From Antechinus flavipes (Eukaryota): 64,000 nt of DNA. Positions within the stretch are counted from its first letter, which is position 1. Every line of letters starts with the position of its first letter. This document shows positions 1 to 12,000 of this stretch, piece by piece. The position numbers and the translations under genes are program-made. The notes under the pieces were generated by a model. That model was given only the letters and a program-made list of their open reading frames with translations. It searched no databases and was not told the DNA's origin. The DNA is taken from positions 64,480,001 through 64,544,000 of the forward strand of contig NC_067400.1 of NCBI RefSeq assembly GCF_016432865.1, written 5' to 3'.

Positions 1-3000
1 AGGGCCCCCCGAAGGGCAGTGCTGTGATGTAACAAGTGACCCAAGAGCCCATAGGCTCGGGCACGCACTGGATTCTCTGGGTGGCCCAGGAGGCAGCGCA
101 GAGGCCAGTAGGATTCATCAGGCCCAGCTAAGAGGTCCTGTAGGAAAAACAAGTGGGTGGGAGGCCAGACTCGGGCTGCATGGGCTAAGAGGGACAGGAT
201 GTCAGAGGTCAGAAGGGGCTGGTCACCCAGCAAGGCGGCTGACAGGAAGGTGATGGTGTTCGGTGAGGCGGCCACAGCAGCTACAAACTGATTGAGGGTG
301 GTGGAATCTGTAAGGGCCAGGCGGGTGAGAAGGCTGACAGGCAGCTCAGCCTGTGGGAGCAGGAGGTAGCGGCAACAGACCTGGGGGAATCAAGGTGAGC
401 ACATAAAAAGAAGAGAAGACTGTCCTTGGACTCCCCAGAGAGGAGTTTCTCAGGACCTAGGGTAGATCCTAGGGTAGAGCCAGAGAGAAGAGGAAGTAGA
501 GTGTATCATTGCCTCTGTTTCCCGAACAAGGAATGTAAATGGATAGGCTTCCCACACCCTGTGCAACACATCTCCCCCAGGAATTTCTAATCAAAGAAGA
601 GTGATGTCCCCAAAAAGAGATGGGATAGGTTACCTTGCCCCACATGGATGGAATATTAAATATGTTTTCATGTTTTTTCAATGTATTAGTTGATTTTTGC
701 TGCCAATTTTTTTCTTTTAAAATTTTTCTTTAAAATATTCCTTACTATATGGGATATTTCTCTGGGAAGGGGGAAGGAATACTGGGAGGAAATTGGAGGA
801 TGTAAAAACAAGATATCAAATATAATTTACAAAAATTTCAAAGATGCCAAGCAACCTGAGTAGAACCAAGAACACATTGTACACAGCAACAACAAGATTA
901 TGCGATGATCAACTCTGATGGATGAGGCTCTTTTCAACAATGAGACGATTCAAGGCAATTATAATAGATTTGGGTTGGAACGAGCCATTCGCATCCAGAG
1001 AGAGGGCTGCAGGGACTGAATGTGGAGCATAACGGAGTACTTTCAAATTTTGTTGTTATTGTTTGCTTATTTTTCTTTCTCATTTTTCCCCCTTTTGGTC
1101 TATTTTTCTTGTGCAGCATGATAAATGTGGAAATATGTTTAGAAGAAATGCACATGTTTAACCTATAATGGAGTACTTGCTGACTAGAGGAAGGGGAGAG
1201 GAAGAGGGAGGGAAAAAAGTTTGGAACATAAGGTTTTTCAAGAGTGAATGTTGAAAACTATCTTTGCACGTATTTTGAAAAATAAAAAGCTATTACTATA
1301 TACTATACTCTCTCTATATAATATATATACTATATTACTAATTAAAAAAAACTAAAAAGATATCAAGGAAACTACTGGCCAAGGACCCCAAAATGGGGAA
1401 ATGCTCCCTTTGGGCTTTTGCTTATGGCATTACTGGGGACTAACTCCCATTGTGGTCTTCATCCAAGCCCAAGCACCGATACCAACTCCTCCTTGACCTT
1501 CCTTCCCTTTGCCAGGCCTAGTGAGACACTATCTTTGTCCTTGAAAGGTGGGATTACAACAGAAATCATAGAAACAATTATGAAGATAACTAGCAGTTGC
1601 TGGGCATATTGAGGGGAGGTTGCTGGAATGATTGCCATTACTAGAAGCAGCTGAAATGACTGAAAATGATTTCTGTGGGATGGTTTTGAACCTGGAAAGA
1701 GACATATTTGGAGAAGGGGAGAGACTAATAGGCTAGAAAGCAGAAGTAATCAAATCCTGTCCCATGGTGGGTGAGGAAATACATTTTGTGGAAACTAATC
1801 CATTGCCTGCCTCTACACACAACCCAGCCTTCCAACAGCAATCTTCTACTGGATATCTGGCCCCCCTGCCCGCTCCTCCAAGGCTGCAGCAGCATCTACA
1901 TACCTGCAGCAGATTGGCTGGCACTTCAGAATCCCTAAGGTCGGTCAGGATACTTAGAAGAATGTCAACATCCACATCCATGGCAAAAGGAAAGCAGAGA
2001 AGCTGGCAGACAGGAAGTACCACTGCTGGAAGCAGCTCGGACCCATGGGGTCTGGGGAGTGCAGATGAGGCCGATGTTCTTAGTCTCTCTCACCCACTCC
2101 AATGCCAGACCACTGGCTGGCTCCTTGCAGCAGACTGCTTCCCCTCTCCCTAAGGCTCGGACCCAATCTCCCAGTCCCCCAATCCCTCACCCCCCTCATT
2201 TCCCAGATATCTCATTCCTCTCCTTTAACAGACTCATTCTTGGCCTCCCATCAGCTAAGGCCCAGACTCACGCCTGCCCGAGCTGTTGCAGGAAGCTGGG
2301 AGACAACAGGTGCTTCAAAGTGGACATGAGGATGCTGCCATGCTGAATCAGGTGGGGGAGACAAAGGTGGGGCTCCTGGGTAAAGACTGCCAGGGCAAGG
2401 TTGAGCAGAGCGGTTATACCTGTGAATACAAGGGTGAGAGGGTGGGGAAACAGACCATTAGGAAAAAGAAGAGCCCAGTGAGTCCTGTGGCCCAGAGCTA
2501 TTTACAGACTCACAGGATCAAGCACTAGTGCTGGAAGAGACCTGAGGAATCCCTTAGTCCAAGTCCCTGATCATTTTGAATAAGTGACAGCCAAGGTGGG
2601 AAGGGGACTCGCCCAAGATTGCCCAGAAAGAGGATGTGGCTTGGCCTCCAAATTCAGAGCTCTTTTCACTTAAACCACGCTGCCTCTCCTCCCTGAATAA
2701 CTAGGAAGATAATCCTACAGCATCTCTCAAGTTCTGCCAGCCTCCCCTTCCCATGAAATGCCTATGGTGGGCATCAGCAACAGGAATAGCCTTTGCCTAC
2801 CAAGATATTACAAGCAGCAAATTGGATCCATCATAAGTTGTTGGATCCAGTGCTGGAAGGGATCTCAGAGACCACCTAGCCCCACTCTTTCAATTTACAG
2901 ACAAGGACACTTGGGAACATTAAATGATTCGACCCTAAATCTCATAGGAAGAGAACCAACCTGGGCTTAGAATGGGGATGACACAAAGGATGGGACTGGT

Positions 3001-6000
3001 CAGGAACCAAGGGCCAGGGCCATGCAGATGTCACAGGCTGGAAACTTGAGAGGGCCCACACCCCATTGATCTTGGGGAAGTTAACAAATAAGACGTAAAA
3101 ACTGGGAATTCTACCTCGGGGAGAGATGAGAGTCCATTCAGGCTCTGGGATGGTTTGGATGGGCTTGTCCTCTGAGGAGAGTACCTCCTCAGACAGCCTC
3201 AGCGTCATGAAGAATCGGTGCCACAAAATGGTCCACAGTTCTGAGTTGGCCACATCCTGCACTATCTCAGCCCCACCCTGAGAAAGAAAGCATCCAGGTG
3301 GGGACTGGGCTTCAGCTGCCAGGATTCCAAGCTATTCTTCCCTGCCCCCAATATATAGGGAAAGGGTACCCTAAAAACAATAGTATCTTCTTCATGATAT
3401 CAACACTGACCGGTTTCTCTAGCCTTCCCCATCCATTCCTACAACCCCCAACATCTGTGACCTTGCCCGGGGGGAGAAATCACTTTCCCTGTTAGCCCTT
3501 TAAGTTCACAGTGGATATAGCTGACTTGGTACTTCAGATCTCTAAGATGATGGAAGGGAGCAGCTAGTTGCAAGCAGGCACAACAAATTAAAAAAAGAGA
3601 AGTAAAACTGAAATTCCTCTTTTGTCCTACACAGCAGAATAACCTAGTTCCCTTGTCCCTATTTCTTGTCTGTCTTGGGTTGTGCAGATACCTGGGTGAT
3701 GAGCTGCAACAGAAGAAACAACAGCCCATCGTAGAATCCAGAACCACCAGGTGGAGTACGACGTAACTGAAAAAAAGAAGGGAAGAAGGTTAGGTGTGGA
3801 CAGAAACTACACATTTTAGGGGTTTGTCCAATCTCACCCAGAGTAGCAGAGGGTTGTTTCTGTTAAGAGAGATGAGCAGCCAGAAAATCTAGAATGTAAT
3901 AGTTATTCCAGACTTAGTTCCAGAGGAAACCTCATACTATATGTAATAAATACTTTCCTTTGAAAAAAATTATTGATTTTATCTTAACACAATAGATATT
4001 TCCCAACAAATATCTAAAAAGTATGTTCCTCAAAAAGCTTATTGAGTCTTCTTTTTAAGAACTTTTTAATTTTAATTTTCCATGTAATAATTGCTTTTTC
4101 CAATACATGTAAAGATACTTTTCATGCAGATTAAAACAATTCTGAGATACCACTATACATTTCTCAGATTGGCTAAGATGATAGGAAAAAATAACGATAA
4201 ATGTTGGAGGGGACGTGGAAAAACTGGGAGACTTAGTACATTGTTGGTGGAGTTGTGAACTGATTCAACCATTCAGGAGAGCAATTTGGAACTATGTCCA
4301 ATGGGCTACCAAACTGTGCATACCCTTTGATCCAGTAGTATTTCTATCGGGCTTGTATTCTAAAGAGATCATAAAGAAGGAGCCACATGTGCAAAAATGT
4401 TTGTGGCAGTCCTTTTGTAGTAGCAAGGAACTGGAAACTGAGTAGATGCCCATCAGTTGGAGAATGGCTGAGTAAGTTATGGCTTATGAATGTAATGGAA
4501 TGTTATTATTCTATAAGAAACAATCAGCAGGATGATTTTCGAAAAGCCTGGAAGCACTTACATGTACTGATGCTAAGTGAAATGAGCTGAACTAGAAGAT
4601 CATTATATATGGCAACAGCAAGACTATATGATAATCAGTTCTGATGGACGTGGCTCTCTTCAACACTGAGATGATTCAGGCCAGTTCCAATGGTCTTGTG
4701 ATGAAGAAAGCCATCTGCACCCAGAGAGAGGACTGTGGGAACTGAGTATGAGTCACAACACAGTATTTTCATTCTTTTTGTTGTTTGCTTGCATTTTGTT
4801 TTTTTTCCTCATTTTTCCTTTTTGATTTGATTTTTCTTGTGCAGCATGATATTTATGGAAACATGCACAGAGGAATTGTACACGTTTAACATAAACTGGA
4901 TTATTTGCCATCTAGGGAAGGTGGTTGGGAGAAGAGAAGGAAAAAATTTGGAACACAAGGTTTTGCAAGGGTGAATGTTGAAAATTATCCTTGCATATAT
5001 TTTGAAAATACAAATAAAAAAGCTTTAATTTTAAAAAGATACTTTTCAACATTCACTTATTTTAAAATGTTGAGTTCTAAATTTTTTTTCCCCTCCTCTC
5101 CTATTCCCCAAGATGACAAGCAATTTAATACAGGTTATGTGTGTACCATCATATTATACATATTTCCACATTAGCCATTTTGTGAAAGAAGAATCAGAAT
5201 AAAAGGAGAAAACCACACACACACACACAAAGTTAAATAAGTATGCTTTGATTTGCATTCAGATGCCACAGTTCTCTTTTTGGATGTGAGAATATTTTCC
5301 ATCATGAGTCTTTTGGAGTTGTCTTAGATGATTATGTTCCTGAGAAGACCTAAGTATATCAAAATTGATCCTCACACAAAAGTACTGTTACTGTGTACAA
5401 TGTTCTCCTAGTTTTGCTAACTTCACAGATCAGTTCAAGCAAATCTTTCAAGTTTTTTCTGAAATTGGCCTGCTCATCATTTCTTATAGATCATTCAATT
5501 ACATTCATATACTACAACTTGTTCAGCCATTCCCAATGAATAGACTTCCCCTCAATTTCCAATTCTTTGCCACTACAAAAAAGAGCTGCTATAAAGTTTT
5601 GTACTTATGAGTCCTTTCTCCCCCTTCACTTCCCACCTTTGTTAAAAATGACCTCTTTGGAATACAGAACTAGTAGTTGGTTTTGTTGCATCAAAGAGCA
5701 CTTTTTTGGCTCCTTTGGGCATAGTTCCAAATTGCTCTCCAGAATGATTGGATCAGTTCACAATTTCATCAACAATGCATCAACAAAAAATGTCTTAATT
5801 TGCATTTCTCTAATCAATAATGATTTAAAGAATTTTTTCATATGATTATATATAACTTTAATTTCTCCACCTGAAAATTGCCTGTTCATATCCTTTGACC
5901 ATTTATCAATTAGGGAATGGTTTGTTTCTTATAAATTTGACTCAATTCTCTCTATATTTTAATAATTAGACCTCTATCAGAAACACTTGCTGTAAAGATT

Positions 6001-9000
6001 GTTTCCAGCTTTCTGCTTTCCTTCTAATCTTGATTGTATTGTCTTTGTGTAAAAACTTTTTCATTTAATGTAATCAAGATTATCCATTTTGCATTTCATA
6101 ATGTTTTCTATTTCTTGTTTGGTCATAAATTCCTCCCTTCTCCAAAAATTTTAGAGGTAAACTGTTTCTTGCTCTTCTAATTTGCTTATGGTATCATTAT
6201 GTTTATATCATGTTCCCATTTTGAACCCATCTTGGTATAAGGTATAAGATGTTGGTCAATGCCTAATTTCTGCTATGCTATTTTCCAATTTTCCCAGAAG
6301 TTTTTGTCAAATAGTGAGTTCCTATCCCAGAAGCTGGAGTCTTTAGGTTTATCAAATAATAGATTACTATAGTTACTGATTAATGGGTTTTGTGTATCTA
6401 ACCGATTCCATTGATTCACCCCTCTATTTCTCAGCCAGTACCTAGCAGTTTTGAAAATTGCCACTTTAGATATGGTACAGCTAGTCCACCTTCCTTTGCA
6501 TTTTGTTTTCATTAATTCCTTTAATATTCTTGACCAAGTTCATCAATTCTTAACAGAAAGGATGTGTAGTAGCCTCTAGCTTGGCTGACTTGGTGCTAAC
6601 CCCAATTAATGTACCTCTTGACAAGGTCCCTATTTACACCATATCACTTGGCTAATCAAAGCAAGGATTAAAATCAGAAGCGAATGAGAAGAAATAAGAT
6701 TACCTTCCACAAAAATCACAATACTTTTAATCTAATCTATTTCAGGAACTACTGACACACACACAAATTTAAGTGAGAAATAGCAAAGATATTGACTTCT
6801 GTTATCACTATTTTCTACTGAAATTTAATTGATGGAAAGCAGTTATCGTAAGAAGGCTAAATTTCTTTTTCTTTTGACTAAAAATGAAGCAGCTAAATGC
6901 AGTGAAGTATTAACACTGATCGCACAGTGAGTGATGTGAGAAAATCTGGGGCCTTAAATAAAAGGAAATGGAAAAGGCACCGAGATTGTGCGGCCTGGAG
7001 GAGGAAATAACCTTGAGTGTGTGATAGACAGTGATCCTTCTCCATCTTCATGAGGAACAGAAGGGGAGGGAACGGACAGTGGGAGTGATGAAGATCCAAC
7101 AGCAGGAAGACTTTTTCAACAGTAACAGGGACCTACAGCAGCCTCATTCTGTTCCTTCAGGTCAGCATCTTGCTTCCAGACAATGGGAGAAAGTTGCGCT
7201 TCCCTCTGAGAGCACCTTACCTCTGCAGGAGCAGACAGAGCATGTGCAGCCGCAGCAGTCCACTCCTTGGGCTGGAGATTGAAGGCCACACCCTGCTGGC
7301 TGAGCTGGGACAGCAGGCCAGCTGCTGCACTCTGAAAAGGAGACCAAGGTGGGGTAAGGAGCAGGAAGCAGGGAGGCTCAGTGCCCTACGCTGCAGCTGG
7401 ACCCCAGAAGAGGAGCTCAAATTTGGCCTCAGACAAGAGCCTCTGCTTGCCCCAGTTTTCTGTCCAAAGAGAATAACAACATTGACTTCACAGGCGTGTT
7501 ATGAAGAGCCAATGAAATATCTGTAAAGTGTTTTACAGATCTCTGAATACTGTAGCTAATAAATATCTATTAAGTATCTATTAAGTATCCACCATGTACC
7601 AGAAACTTAGATAAATAGGCAAATGCTAGCTATCAAGATTCTGAATGGCTATGGGATCGGATGAGAAAGGAGGACTATATCTTGATGTAGAATAGCAGCA
7701 TTTTCTTGAGAAACAGCTAAAATTGGGACAGTTGTTCCACCTCTCCTACAGCTACAATGAGGGGTTTGGGAAGAAACTAGATTAGACTTACAACAAGAGA
7801 GACAACAGGTGAATGGACAAAAAGAACAGCAAGCTCATTCCCTATCTTCTTAACCCTGGAAAAAGAGGATAAAGGGACTCAATAGGATTATTGTGGATTA
7901 CATAAAGGAGGAACCAAGACTTTTCTTTGCTCTGATAAAATTTCCCATTTGTACTTTTCACTTTTTTTTAGTATTTTTTTTTATTTTGAGTTCCAAATTC
8001 TTTCCCCTCTTCTAGACCCTCCTAATCTATTGAGAAGACAATATAACCATTATATATGTAAAGAGGTACAAAATATATTTCTATATTAATGTTAAAAACA
8101 AAACAACAATAATAAATAATAATTTAATAAACAATAATATTATATGATAATAATAATTAATTATTATTATAATAAATAAAATAATAAAAAGCAAGAAACA
8201 TAAAGTGAAAAAAGTATGCTTCAATCAGTTCTCTCTCTGGAAGTGAATAGGATTTTTCATATGGGTCCTTTGGAACTGTCTGGATGCACTATTTTGGGTT
8301 CACTGTACCAAAAGAGCTGTCATCCACAGTTAATCACTGCACTATGTACAATGTTTTCCTGGTTCTGCTCGTTTTATTTTCATCTGTTCGTTACTTCCCA
8401 TGTTTTTCTGAAACCATCTGTTCATCTTTTCTTATAATATGATTGTATTCCATTACAATCATATACAACTGGTTCAACTATTTCCCAATTGATGGGCATC
8501 TTCTCAATTTTCAATTCTTTGCTACCATAAAAAAAGAACTGCTCTAAATATTTTTGTACTTATAGGTCCTTTTCCTTTTTCTCTAATTTCTTTGGGATAA
8601 AGACCTACTAGTGATATTGCTGAATCAAAGAGTGTATAATTTTATCACCTTTTGGGCATAATTCTCCAGAATGGTTAAACTACTCACAACTCCATCAATG
8701 GTATACTGGTTTCCCTATTTTTCCACATCCCCTCTAGTACCTATCAATTTCCTTTTCTATCATGTTAGCTAATCAGATAGCTGCAAAGTGATATCTAAGA
8801 GTGGTTTTAATTTGCAATTCTCTATTAGTGATTTAGAGTATTTTTTCATATGATTATTGATAGCTTTAATTTTTTTTTTTGAAAATTGCTTATTCATACC
8901 ATTTGTCAATTGGAGAATGATTCCTATTTTTATAAAATTAACCCAATTCCTTATATATTTGAGACCACTAACTTTTAAGATAATAGTTGATCTACTCCAC

Positions 9001-12000
9001 TCATATTACGGAATACAAGCACTGGCACCCTCTATTCCATGCCCTTTTCATTGTTGGCGGATGAACACTCCTTCTTATAAACTCCATAAACCCCTGGGCA
9101 TGAGAGTTTCCATGCTTCTACTCTATACAATGGGAGAACTAGGCAGTAAAATTTCCATGGTGATACTCCTCACTATGGCAGAACTGGGCAGCAGGGTCTC
9201 CATGGTCATACTCCTCACTATAGCAGAGCTGGGCAGGAGGTTTTCCATGGTGATACTCCTCACTATGGCAGAAAGGTCTCCATGGTTACATTCCTCACTA
9301 TGGTAGAGTTGGGCAGGAGGGTCTCCATGGTGATACTCCTCACTATGGCAGAGCTGGGAAGAAGGTTCTCCATGGTGATACTCCTCACTATGGCAGAGCT
9401 GGGCAGGAGGGTCTCCATGGTGATACTCCTCACTATGGCAGAAGGGTCTCCATGGTGATACTCCCCACTATGGCAGAAGGGTCTCCATGGTTACATTCCT
9501 CACTATGGCAGAGCGGGGCAGCAGGGTCTCCATGTCATGCTTTATACTATGGCAGAGCTGGGCAGGAGGTTCTCCATGGTGATACTCCTCACTATGGCAG
9601 AGCTGGGCAGAAGGGTCTCCGTGGTGATACTCCCCACTATGGCAGAAGGGTCTCCATGGTTACATTCCTCACTATGGTAGAGTTGGGCAGGAGGGTCTCC
9701 ATGGTGATACTCCTCACTATGGCAGAGCTGGGAAGAAGGTTCTCCATGGTGATACTCCTCACTATGGCAGAGCTGGGCAGGAGGGTCTCCATGGTGATAC
9801 TCCTCACTATGGCAGAAGGGTCTCCATGGTGATACTCCCCACTATGGCAGAAGGGTCTCCATGGTTACATTCCTCACTATGGCAGAGCGGGGCAGCAGGG
9901 TCTCCATGTCATGCTTTATACTATGGCAGAGCTGGGCAGGAGGTTCTCCATGGTGATACTCCTCACTATGGCAGAGCTGGGCAGAAGGGTCTCCATGGTG
10001 ATACTCCCCACTATGGCAGAAGGGTCTCCATGGTTACATTCTTCACTATGGCAGAGCTGGGCAGGAGGGTCTCCATGGTGATACTCCTCACTATGGCAGA
10101 GCTGGGGAGAAGGTTCTCCATGGTGATACTCCTCACTATGGCAGAGCTGGGCAGAAGGGTCTCCATGGTGATACTCCTCACTATGGCAGAAGGGTCTCCA
10201 TGGTGATACTCCCCACTATGGCAGAAGGGTCTCCATGGTTACATTCCTCACTATGGCAGAGCAGGGCAGCAGGGTCTTCATGTCATGCTTTATACTATGG
10301 CAGAGCTGGGCAGGAGGTTCTCCATGGTGATACTCCTCACTATGGCAGAGCTGGGCAGAAGGGTCTCCATGGTGATACTCCCCACTATGGCAGAAGGGTC
10401 TCCATGGTTACATTCTTCACTATGGCAGAGCTGGGCAGGAGGGTCTCCATGGTGATACTCCTCACTATGGCAGAGCTGGGGAGAAGGTTCTCCATGGTGA
10501 TACTCCTCACTATGGCAGAGCTGGGCAGAAGGGTCTCCATGGTGATACTCCTCACTATGGCAGAGCTGGGCAGAAGGGTCTCCATGGTGATACTCCCCAC
10601 TATGGCAGAAGGGTCTCCATGGTTACATTCCTTACTATGGCAGAGCTGGGCAGGAGGATCTCCATGGTTACATTCTTCACTATGGCAGAGCTAGGCACAA
10701 AGATCTCCATAGCCGCATTCTGTGCTAGGGCAGAGCTGAGCAGGAAGACTCCATGGTTGTACTCCTCACTATGGCAAAACTGGGCAAGAGGGACTCCGTG
10801 GTTACATTCCACACTCTATAACTTACCCAGGAGGTAAGACCTGAAGCCGGAGGACCAGGAGAGAAAGAAGATGAAGGGTAGCTTCGGCAGCCTCTTCTGG
10901 ATCCATTACATCTACCTGTCAAAGAAAGCAGGAACTCAGGAGAAGTTCCTGCATCAAGATGCCTGGACTCTCAAGGAGATCCCAGAACTTTGGTGCCTTC
11001 CCATCCTGGTGCTACCTACCTTACCCTGCACCAGCAAAAGCAGTGACTCTAAGGCCACGGGCTCTTGGTCTAAACGCCTGCAGAGATTTTCACTGACGTG
11101 ACAGCAAGCATATAGTACCTGGGGAGATATGCAGAGCAGTTTATCATTCAAATGATAGGATGCTCAAGCTAAAGGACCAGCCACCCTGTTCCATCTTTGT
11201 ACTCCTGGCATTGGCCCCATAGCTCATAGTAGATGTCTATATTCTAAAATATGCTGGGAGGATGGGGGAAGGATTGGGAAAAAGAGAACAATTTTGTCTA
11301 AAATCCAGTGGGGATATCTGTTTGGGAAACATTTTAAAATAGAATCTCCTCAAGGATCTGTTTTTCCTATGAGTCTCAGGTAGTATTATAGTAGGACTAG
11401 GCAATTTTCAATGGTAGAAAAGATAGCCAATACCTTGAGCAGATGCAGGGAAAGAGAGGGATGCTGCAGGCTGGAGAAAAGGTATGGCCGAAGCTGACTG
11501 CCCTCTTCTGTCAGCTGATCTGCCAAATACCTGGAAACCTGAAGATCACATTAACTTACTTTATGAATATATGTACACTCCCTTGGATTCACATCTGCTT
11601 TTAGTCCCTTACTAACCTACCCTGTTGCCCTCCCCTGGCACCATACTACTCCAGAAATATAAAGCCAAAGACCACAATCCAGTTCTTCCCCATGAGGGAG
11701 AGGGAAAACGCAACATGGAACACGTGCTCTGAAGACTTAGGAAAACAAATCAGTTGGGAACTCTATGACTGCATGTGGGATTACTTTCATGTTTTACAGG
11801 ATGGAAAATTTATCACTGATCTGTGGCCATCTCAAATCTCCCCTCTCAGTCATTCAGAGATAACTGGGCTAAGGGGAATCCTAAGGAATTACTGTTTCAC
11901 TTCCCACAAATGGCTCCATAATAAAGATATTCAGTGAGCAGTGTTAAGAAGGCCAGAGGACCAATGCCAAGTTAGGCGGGGGAGGCTGGAGTCAGAATTC

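Noticed and set aside
1733-1903. Read-through after STK36 ...NLLQ giving VCRCCCS, superficially like the next exon's VCCRY
   Set aside because: GTATGT is a strong donor, the real continuation starts at 380, and the read-through hits TAG.
3682-3691. STK36 donor GTATCT as a U12-type site
   Set aside because: It diverges after position 5 (GTATCTGC), and the acceptor has an ordinary pyrimidine tract.
6540-7200. Non-repetitive stretch with ORFs 6893-7099 and 7031-7282 as a retrocopy or snoRNA host
   Set aside because: No recognisable protein or RNA family, no poly(A)/TSD, no paired box motifs; treated as ordinary intron, though a database search was not possible.
9100-10820. CRISPR-like array of hairpin repeats
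   Set aside because: No unique spacers (the sequence between hairpins is itself repeated), no cas genes, and the context is a mammalian intron.
8857-10837. ORFs with [13 protein letters not shown] / [15 protein letters not shown] repeats as a novel repeat protein
   Set aside because: They follow from the 45-bp (3n) periodicity of the VNTR and break at each 35- or 44-bp monomer; no supporting gene structure.
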